Shown here in pieces: positions 1 to 9,300 of a stretch of 64,000 nt of DNA. A model generated the notes under the pieces. That model was not told the origin of the DNA, ran no database searches, and saw only the letters and a program-made list of their open reading frames with translations. The position numbers were made by a program, and so were the translations under genes. Origin of the DNA: Yuukianura sp. NJ FZ-2021 (Eukaryota); NCBI GenBank assembly GCA_046563655.1, contig CM102285.1:6696001-6760000 (forward strand). Reading direction: 5' to 3'. How positions within the stretch are numbered: the stretch's first letter is position 1; every line of letters starts with the position of its first letter.

Positions 1-789
1 CCAAAAAGTCATTCTGGGCTATCGGAGATGTCAAAATTGCAAACCGAAATTATGCTTGTGAAAGCCCATCTGAATTGTTCCAAGCTCAATTTTTCCCCAA
101 AAAATCATTTTTTTTTCATTAAAAACTCCCCAAAAAGTCATTCTGGGCTATCTGAGATGTCAAAATTGCAAACCGAAATTATGCTTGTGAAAGCCCATCT
201 GAATTGTTCCAAGCTCAATTTTCACCAGAAAATCATTTTTTTTCATTAAAAACTCCCCAAAAAGTCATTCTGGGCTATCTCAGATGTCAAAATTGCAAAC
301 CGAAATTATGCTTGCGAAAGCCCATCTGAAGTGTTCAAAGCTCAATTTTATCACCAAAAAATCATTTTTTTTTCATTAAAAACTCCCCAAAAAGTCATTC
401 TGGGCTATCTCAGATGTCAAAATTGCAAACAGAAATTATGCTTGTGAAAGCCCATCTGAAGTGTTCCAAGCTCAATTTTTCACCAAAAAATCATTTTTTT
501 TTCTTTAAAAACTCCAAAAAAGTCATTCTGGGCTATCGGAGATGTCAAAATTGCAAACCGAAATTATGCTTGCGAAAGCCCATCTGAAGTGTTCAAAGCT
601 CAATTTTATCACCAAAAAATCATTTCTTTTTTCATTAAAAACTCCTCAAAAAGTCATTCTGGGATATCCGAGGAGTCAAAATTGCAAACCGAAATTATGC
701 TTGCGAAAGCCCATCTGAAGTGTTCAAAGCTCAATTTTTCACCAAAAAATCATTTTTTTTCATTAAAAACTCCCCAAAAAGTCATTCTG

Positions 790-1783
790 GAGCCGAGAGC
801 TGTCCTTCATGATTAGATTAGGCAATAGCTTAATCTACTCCTAAGCAAAAGAAAAACCGGGTTTTATTTGGAGATCATACTCCAAAAAGAGTTTAGATTA
901 AGCTAATTTTTGGCTTAGCTTTAATCCAACTTTCCGTTCCCCCACGTAGCGCGCCGGACAGTGTTCCCAGTGGAAACTTTCTCTTAAGGGAGACGACTGT
1001 GAGTTCAAAACCTGCAGCAGATGTAATTTTTTTTATTTTGTCCGAACATGCCCACTCATATAATATTGCCTTTCAGGGATGGCAGGTGACCCCAACATGT
1101 CCAAGAAAGGTCAAAGGTCAAGCCAAATTCGGTTGACCCCACGTGACCTCAAATATTAACTGCACAAAAGGGTTTCCTTAAGAAAACACTCATCCTACGC
1201 ATAACACAAGAACATGCGTGACTCAGCTGAGGTCCACAGGTAATTCTTAACTTGAAGTGACCTGACCTTTGACCTTGAAGGAGTGTAACTAGCTCGTGCA
1301 TAGCATTGAACAACAAATTGAGACAGACCAGCATTAAAGCACTCATTTTAGATGCCAAGTTGGGTCATTCGCTGTTGACCTCACGTTTGACCTCAACAAG
1401 GGGTGGCGGGAATATGTATCGTACACAAAAAAGATTATCTAGTTAATGGAAACAAGTTTTGGGTAGGTCATTTCATAGGTCAAAGGCGTCAAATTCGCCA
1501 ATAAACGAAAGTTTTTGCCTTAACCCAAAAGATAAAGCTGGTCCGGAGTGGTTTTTGTTTTAGCATCAAAATCTGATTAGATTTGTGAGGTGTGATCTCT
1601 GAAAATCTTAAACCGTATTAACTTTCCGGGTGATCACACCCTAATCACTTTTTTTTGTGTTAACACAAGATTATCTCGAGTTTAGCGAAAATCAGAAAAA
1701 AAGAGATTAGCGGTTTTGGTGTGCTCGTCGTTTCTTCTTAATCCGGAAATAAATTTCGCTAATACAGGCACAGCTCTCGGCTC
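790..1783. mobile_element. Non-autonomous DNA transposon with 14 bp perfect TIRs and 3 bp CTG target site duplication (PIF/Harbinger-like), inserted in the satellite
   Basis: Left end gagccgagagctgt (790-803) is the exact reverse complement of right end acagctctcggctc (1770-1783). CTG lies at 787-789 and 1784-1786, and removing the element restores gtcattctgggctatcc. No transposase ORF. Superfamily is inferred only from the CWG TSD. Confidence 0.88.
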
Positions 1784-3089
1784 CTGGGCTATCCGAGGAG
1801 TCAAAATTGCAAACCGAAATTATGCTTGCGAAAGCCCATCTGAAGTGTTCCAAGCTCAATTTTTCCCAATAAAATAATTTTCTTTCCATTAAAAACTCCC
1901 CAAAAAGTCATTCTGGGATATCCGAGGAGTCAAAATTGCAAACCGAAATTATGCTTGTGAAAGCCCATCTGAAGTGTTCCTAGCTCAATTTTTCACAAAA
2001 AAATCATTTTTTTTTCATTAAAAACTCCCCAAAAAGTAATTCTGGGCTATCTCAGATGTCAAAATTGCAAACCGAAATTATGCTTGTGAAAGCCCATCTG
2101 AATTGTTCCAAGCTCAATTTTTCACCAAAAAATCATTTTTTTTCATTAAAAACTCCTAAAAAAGTCATTCTGGGCTATCCGAGGAGTCAAAATTGCAAAC
2201 CGAAATTATGCTTGCGAAAGCCCATCTGAAGTGTTCAAAGCTCAATTTTATCACCAAAAAATCATTTTTTTTCAATAAAAACTCCCCAAAAAGTCATTCT
2301 GGGCAATCTGAGATGTCAAAATTGCAAACCGAAATTATGCTTGTGAAAGCCCATCTGAATTGTTCCAAGCTCAATTTTCACCAAAAAATCATTTTTTTCA
2401 TTAAAAACTCCCCAAAAAGTCATTCTGGGCTATCTCAGATGTCAAAATTGCAAACCGAGATTATGCTTGTGAAAGCCCATCTGAAGTGTTCCAAGCTCAA
2501 TTTTTCACCAAAAAATTATTTTTTTCATTAATTACTCCTCAAAAAGTCATTCTGGGCTATCTGAGATGTCAAAATTGCAAACCGAAATTATGCTTGTGAA
2601 AGCCCATCTGAATTGTTCCAAGCTCAATTTTTCACCAAAAAATCATTTTTTTTCATTAAAAACTCCCAAAAAGTCATTCTGGGCTATCTCAGATGTCAAA
2701 ATTGCAAACCGAAATTATGCTTGCGAAAGCCCATCTGAAGTGTTCAAAGCTCAATTTTATCACCAAAAAATCATTTTTTTTCATTAAAAACTCCCCAAAA
2801 AGTCATTCTGGGCTATCGGAGATGTCAAAATTGCAAACCGAAATTATGCTTGTGAAAGCCCATCTGAAGTGTTCCAAGCTCAATTTTTCACCAAAAAATC
2901 ATTTCTTTTTTCATTAAAAACTCCTCTAAAAGTCATTCTGGGATATCCGAGGAGTCAAAATTGCAAACCGAAATTATGCTTGTGAAAGCCCATCTGAAGT
3001 GTTCCAAGCTCAATTTTTCACCAAAAAATCATTTTTTTTTTCATTAAAAACTCCAAAAAAGTCATTCTGGGCTATCGGAGATGTCAAAA

Positions 3090-3487
3090 AAGTTGAAGAA
3101 ACCACAAAGTCCTTAGAAGTACAGCTTGAAAACTTATTCATTCAAACAATCCCAGGTATCAAGTCTCCAATAGTTGAAGAAGCGTATCGGCTCGGCAAGT
3201 CAGTGCCATCCTACACAAGCAAGCCAATTAAAATAAGATTCAAGTCGGTAGAAGTGAGAAACGTCGTTTGGAAAAATCGTCAATTGCTAAAAACTCACCT
3301 CCCAGACCTCAACTGGAACGAAGACCTTCCACTGGCTACAAGGAAAAGAAGAGCTAATGAACGAGAATCCGGAAATCCGGCTCCATCCCAACCAGCTCGC
3401 ATCCCATCTTCGTCACAACCTAAACGATCATTTTCAAATGCTGCATTCGCTAACAGTCAACTTATACCTCGCTCTCCGCCCAGCTGA
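3090..3487 (+). CDS. LINE ORF1 protein, C-terminal portion (5'-truncated)
   Basis: Translation AYRLGK...KPIKIRFKSVEVRNVVWKNRQLLK...NEDLPLATRKRR resembles the RRM/CTD-type ORF1 of CR1/L2-group LINEs. The listed ORF 2999..3487 begins in satellite sequence. Confidence 0.75.
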
Positions 3488-3550
3488 CAATTAACAAAAG
3501 CAGTCGATGCTAAAAATCAAATTACATCTAAACCAAAACTTCACATCAAA

Positions 3551-6319
3551 ATGGCTCACATCAATTCGCAATCCTACTCCAACAAATTTTCCGAAATCAC
3601 CACTCTTCTGCTGGATCATGACTTAGACATTCTTTGCATCAGCGAAACATGGCTGAAACCTAACGTCGCTGAACTCCTACCAATTGGATACACCATGGTT
3701 CGAAATGACAGAACTTACAAGACGGGCGGTGGAGTCAGCATTTTAATCAAATCACATCTAAAAATTTTGAAGAGTTTCAAATCAGCTGATATTAGTACAC
3801 ATCACATCGAATTCCTTTACTGCAAGGTCCAGCTAAATTTCAACAAAAGTTTCATCGTGGGCTGCGTTTACCGTCCACCCAATCATTCTTCGATACTCAT
3901 CAAACAAGACTGTAAATCATTTGGGAACTCAATTGAATCAATAAAATCACCTAATTGTCCTATGTACATTTTTGGGGATTTTAATTTGCATCAGGGAAAG
4001 GAATACGATAACTTCAGCAGCCGACTCCAGAAATATTCCCTAAAGCAGCTGATATCATCTCCCACAAGAGGTCAACAGATACTAGATCTTTTCATTACTG
4101 ACGTCAGCGACAGGGTATCAAAGATAGAGAACCTTGAAGTCAATCTTTCTGATCACAACTTATTAATAGCGGAAATAGAATCAATTCGACCTACTCCGTG
4201 CAAAAAAGAAATTGTTTTCAGAAGTTTTCGTTCAGCAAATTATGAACTCATTGGCTCCGCAACGATAATGACCCCTACTCTAGATCCTTCACTGGACGTC
4301 GAAGAGCATCTCAAACATTTACAAACCTCAATTAAAAATATTTTCGATACTCACGTGACACAAAAATCAAAAATTATCAACGACACTAAATCAAATCGTA
4401 TCCTAACAGAAGAAACGAAATCACTGATGAAGAAACGGGACCACTTCAAGAAACACGGACAAACTTCGGCATATTATACTCAGCGGCTTAAAGCATTCAA
4501 AAAATTGGTGAAGACTTCCGTTAGTCGTGACACTTCAAACTACTTCAACACAATTATTGAAAAGGCAAACGTACATCAAGCAGTCAATCAGTTTTGCCGG
4601 ATAAGCAAAAAATCTCATTCCGTTTCTGACTTCAACCTAGAAGTGGATGAAGCCAACATCCACTTCTCTAAAGTCCCATCGACAATCTGCACATCAGAAC
4701 CAACTCAGCCTGGCAACCTACCTCAAGCGCAAGTACCATTGACATACAGAAAAGTTTCATCATACGACGTATCAAAAGCCTGGAATAAGATGAAGAAGCG
4801 ATCTTCAATGTCAGAAGATACTTGCGGTATTAGCCCAGCAATGCTCAATCTCACAATTTCTGCCCCAAACATCAATGAAAATGTTCAAAACATTGTCAAC
4901 TCTAGCATCATCAATGGAACAGTTCCACTTGCACTCAAACAATCAAAAGTTATTCCAATCCCTAAGTGCAAGAATCCGGACTCTCTCAACGATTTTCGAC
5001 CAATTTCAATCTTGCCTGTCATCTCAAAAATTCTCGAAAGATGCGTGTTCCAGCAGCTCCAATCACACTTCGAACGAAATCATCTACTTCATCCAAACCA
5101 ATTTGGTTTCCGGAAGGGATACTCCACAACACACGCGCAAATTGCAATCACAGACTTATTGTATCAAGGGTTCCAGTCACAGAAAATTACTGCAGTAGTA
5201 ACACTAGACTTAGCGAAGGCCTTCGACTCCGTTAGCAGAAAACTCCTACTGCAAAAACTGTCCTGGTACGGAGTTGATAAACACTGGTTCGAGTCGTACC
5301 TAAGCGATCGGAAACAGCAAGTATACTGGAATGGAAATTTCTCTAAAGAACGGATAACGTTAAGTGGTACTCCGCAAGGGGGAATTCTATCTCCTCTATT
5401 ATTCAGCATAATGATGAACGATCTTCTATATTCCTTCAGCCAACATTTCAAGGAGGTGCTGATTCTTTTTGCCGATGACAACACACTGATTGTACAAAGC
5501 TCTGCTACGGAACTATCCGAATTCAAACTGCAAGTCGAGAAGTGCATTAATTTCATTGTTCAATGGATAAAGAAGAATCATCTAAGTATAAATCCAGGAA
5601 AAACAAAAATCATGCTGTCAGCTCAACCAAAAATTTTGAATGCGGCAGGACAGATTCCATTTCTTGTATCCGATGTTGAAATTCGTCCATCAAATTGTAT
5701 CACAACTCTCGGTTTCACCATCGACAAATTTCTAAAATGGGACGAACACATCAACATAACCTCAAAAAGATGTTTCTCCACGATCGCTACGCTGTACCCC
5801 CTCCAACGGTTCCTGGCACCTAAAAACAGAAAAACACTGATGGAAGCTTACGTCCTATCCAAAATGGGATACATGTGTGAGATATGGGGCCGAGCCAGCA
5901 AAACCAATATCAAAAAAATGGACAGAGTTGTAAGATGCGCTGGGAGATATGTCTTGAAGAAGAGGAAGTTTGAGCATGTAAAACTTGACATCACGACTGA
6001 ATTAAACTGGCTCTTTCCAAAGCACCTCTGCAATTTTCGTCTAGCCATCCTATCGTCTAAAATTACTCGAGGAAACCCATTCATTGAATACTTCAACGAC
6101 TATTTCAAGGAAGCTGACGATCTCCATTGTAGCAGAACAACCAGAAAGAATAGGACCGTAGCAATCAACCAAAAATCTCTTCACCCACTTTCATTCAAGG
6201 CCCTTGGACACTGCACACTGTCAATGCTACCAGACGAACTAAAATGCCATACACATCGATCCGGCTTCCAACAAACACTAAAAAACTATTTTCTCGAACT
6301 ACAAAAATCCGAATGCTAG
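3551..6319 (+). CDS. LINE ORF2: apurinic-like endonuclease plus reverse transcriptase, 922 aa, uninterrupted
   Basis: APE motifs HINSQS, CISETWL, GGGV, VYRPP, GDFN, LDL, SDHN. RT motifs FRPISIL, QFGFR, DLAKAFDSV, GTPQGGILSPLLF, FADD, NPGKT, LG. Confidence 0.97.
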   Translation: MAHINSQSYSNKFSEITTLLLDHDLDILCISETWLKPNVAELLPIGYTMVRNDRTYKTGGGVSILIKSHLKILKSFKSADISTHHIEFLYCKVQLNFNKSFIVGCVYRPPNHSSILIKQDCKSFGNSIESIKSPNCPMYIFGDFNLHQGKEYDNFSSRLQKYSLKQLISSPTRGQQILDLFITDVSDRVSKIENLEVNLSDHNLLIAEIESIRPTPCKKEIVFRSFRSANYELIGSATIMTPTLDPSLDVEEHLKHLQTSIKNIFDTHVTQKSKIINDTKSNRILTEETKSLMKKRDHFKKHGQTSAYYTQRLKAFKKLVKTSVSRDTSNYFNTIIEKANVHQAVNQFCRISKKSHSVSDFNLEVDEANIHFSKVPSTICTSEPTQPGNLPQAQVPLTYRKVSSYDVSKAWNKMKKRSSMSEDTCGISPAMLNLTISAPNINENVQNIVNSSIINGTVPLALKQSKVIPIPKCKNPDSLNDFRPISILPVISKILERCVFQQLQSHFERNHLLHPNQFGFRKGYSTTHAQIAITDLLYQGFQSQKITAVVTLDLAKAFDSVSRKLLLQKLSWYGVDKHWFESYLSDRKQQVYWNGNFSKERITLSGTPQGGILSPLLFSIMMNDLLYSFSQHFKEVLILFADDNTLIVQSSATELSEFKLQVEKCINFIVQWIKKNHLSINPGKTKIMLSAQPKILNAAGQIPFLVSDVEIRPSNCITTLGFTIDKFLKWDEHINITSKRCFSTIATLYPLQRFLAPKNRKTLMEAYVLSKMGYMCEIWGRASKTNIKKMDRVVRCAGRYVLKKRKFEHVKLDITTELNWLFPKHLCNFRLAILSSKITRGNPFIEYFNDYFKEADDLHCSRTTRKNRTVAINQKSLHPLSFKALGHCTLSMLPDELKCHTHRSGFQQTLKNYFLELQKSEC

Positions 6320-9300
6320 AAATTCATGTAAATTCATTCCAAATTTAATATATCAAAAATTTAAACAATTTCAATTTTTATATTCAATTTCTTTTCAATT
6401 TTATATTCAATTTGTAAAGCAACGCTATTTTCATTCTTAAAGTCCCCCATTAATATTAGTCACAATTGTGTAAAACTCAAGCATTCTATCATTTCTTTCA
6501 CACACATATCCATTTATTCTGAAAAACCCGAAACTTCGGGAGAATAAATAAATCAAATCAAATCAAATCAAAGCCCATCTGAAGTGTTCCAAGCTCAATT
6601 TTTCACCAAAAAATCATTTCTTTTTTCATTAAAAACTCCTCTAAAAGTCATTCTGGGATATCCGAGGAGTCAAAATTGCGAACCGAAATTATGCTTGTGA
6701 AAGCCCATCTGAAGTGTTCCTAGCTCAATTTTTCACCAAAAAATCATTTTTTTTCATTAAAAACTCCCCAAAAAGTCATTCTGGGATATCCGAGGAGTCA
6801 AAATTGCAAACCGAAATTATGCTTGCGAAAGCCCATCTGAAGTGTTCCTAGCTCAATTTTTCACAAAAAAATCATTTTTTTTCATTAAAAACTCCCCAAA
6901 AAGTCATTCTGGGCTATCTCAGATGTCAAAATTGCAAACCGAAATTATGCTTGTGAAAGCCCATCTGAATTGTTCCAAGCTCAATTTTTCATAAAAAAAT
7001 CATTTTTTTTTATTAAAAACTCCTAAAAAAGTCATTCTGGGCTATCCGAGGAGTCAAAATCGCAAACCGAAATTATGCTTGCGAAAGCCCATCTGAAGTG
7101 TTCAAAGCTCAATTTTTCACCAAAAAATCATTTTTTTTTCAATAAAAACTCCCCAAAAAGTCATTCTGGGCAATCTGAGATGTCAAAATTGCAAACCGAA
7201 ATTATGCTTGTGAAAGCCCATCTGAATTGTTCCAAGCTCAATTTTTCACCAAAAAATCATTTTTTTTTTCTTTAAAAACTCCCCAAAAAGTCATTCTGGG
7301 CTATCTCAGATGTAAAAATTGCAAACCGAAATTATGCTTGTGAAAGCCCATCTGAAGTGTTCCAAGCTCAATTTTTCACCAAAAAATCATTTTTTTTCCA
7401 TTAAAAACTCCCCAAAAAGTCATTCTGGGATATCCGAGGAGTCAAAATTGCAAACCGAAATTATGCTTGTGAAAGCCCATCTGAATTGTTCCAAGCTCAA
7501 TTTTCACCAAAAAATCATTTTTTTTCATTAAAAACTCCCCAAAAAGTCATTCTGGGCTATCTCAGATGTCAAAATTGCAAACCGAAATTATGCTTGCGAA
7601 AGCCCATCTGAAGTGTTCAAAGCTCAATTTTATCACCAAAAAATCATTTTTTTCATTAAAAACTCCCCAAAAAGTCATTCTGGGCTATCGGAGATGTCAA
7701 AATTGCAAACCGAAATTATGCTTGTGAAAGCCCATCTGAAGTGTTCCAAGCTCAATTTGTCACCAAAAAATCATTTTTTTTTATTAAAAACTCCTCTAAA
7801 AGTCATTCTGGGATATCCGAGGAGTCAAAATTGCAAACCGAAATTATGCTTGTGAAAGCCCATCTGAAGTGTTCCAAGCTCAATTTTTCACCAAAAAATC
7901 ATTTTTTTTCATTAAAAACTCCAAAAAAGTCATTCTGGGCTATCGGAGATGTCAAAATTGCAATACCGAAATTATGCTTGTGAAAGCCCATCTGAAGTGT
8001 TCCAAGCTCAATTTTTCACCAAAAAATCATTTCTTTTTTCATTAAAAACTCCTCTAAAAGTCATTCTGGGATATCCGAGGAGTCAAAATTGCGAACCGAA
8101 ATTATGCTTGTGAAAGCCCATCTGAAGTGTTCCTAGCTCAATTTTTCACCAAAAAATCATTTTTTTTCATTAAAAACTCCCCAAAAAGTCATTCTGGGAT
8201 ATCCGAGGAGTCAAAATTGCAAACCGAAATTATGCTTGCGAAAGCCCATCTGAAGTGTTCAAAGCTCAATTTTTCACCAAAAAATCATTTTTTTTCATTA
8301 AAAACTCCTAAAAAAGTCATTCTGGGCTATCCGAGGAGTCAAAATTGCAAACCGAAATTATGCTTGCGAAAGCCCATCTGAAGTGTTCCAAGCTCAATTT
8401 TTCACCAAAAAATCATTTCTTTTTTCATTAAAAACTCCTCAAAAAGTCATTCTGGGATATCCGAGGAGTCAAAATTGCAAACCGAAATTATGCTTGTGAA
8501 AGCCCATCTGAAGTGTTCCTAGCTCAATTTTTCACCAAAAAATCATTTTTTTCATTAAAAACTCCCCAAAAAGTCATTCTGGGCTATCCGAGGAGTCAAA
8601 ATCGCAAACCGAAATTATGCTTGCGAAAGCCCATCTGAAGTGTTCAAAGCTCAATTTTTCACAAAAAAATCCATTTTTTTAATTTAAAACTCCCCAAAAA
8701 GTCATTCTGGGCTATCGGAGATGTCAAAATTGCAAACCGAAATTATGCTTGTGAAAGCCCATCTGAAGTGTTCCAAGCTCAATTTTTCACCAAAAAATCA
8801 TTTCTTTTTTCATTAAAAACTCCTCTAAAAGTCATTCTGGGATATCCGAGGAGTCAAAATTGCAAACCGAAATTATGCTTGTGAAAGCCCATCTGAAGTG
8901 TTCCAAGCTCAATTTTTCACCAAAAAATCATTTTTTTTTTCATTAAAAACTCCAAAAAAGTCATTCTGGGCTATCGGAGATGTCAAAATTGCAAACCGAA
9001 ATTATGCTTGTGAAAGCCCATCTGAAGTGTTCCAAGCTCAATTTTTCACCAAAAAATCATTTCTTTTTTCATTAAAAACTCCTCTAAAAGTCATTCTGGG
9101 ATATCCGAGGGGTCAAAATTGCAAACCGAAATTATGCTTGTGAAAGCCCATCTGAAGTGTTCCAAGCTCAATTTTTCTCCGAAAAATCCATTTCTTTCAT
9201 TTATAACTCACCAAAAAGTCATTTTTTTTTTCATTAAAAACTCCTAAAAAAGTCATTCTGGGCTATCCGAGGAGTCAAAATCGCAAACCGAAATTATGCT

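Larger units (their letters stand above)
3090..6570 (+). mobile_element. 5'-truncated non-LTR retrotransposon (LINE, CR1/L2 group) inserted in the satellite
   Basis: ORF1 C-terminal remnant, complete APE+RT ORF2, ~220 bp AT-rich 3' UTR, terminal hairpin cccgaa-ac-ttcggg (6527-6540), AATAAA and an (AAATC)n tail. Satellite on both sides, no TSD. Clade assignment is inferred from the short tandem tail and the absence of an obvious RNase H or CCHC motif. Confidence 0.93.

Noticed and set aside
1149..1889. Short minus-strand ORFs in the TIR element as a transposase
   Set aside because: Only 60-69 aa, no catalytic motifs, and one runs in from the satellite.
5467..5478. FADD instead of YADD in the RT active site
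   Set aside because: F/Y-x-DD variation is common in CR1/L2-group RTs and does not indicate inactivation or novelty.
4875..6096. Alternative-frame and antisense ORFs within LINE ORF2
   Set aside because: Shadows of the RT reading frame with no independent motifs.
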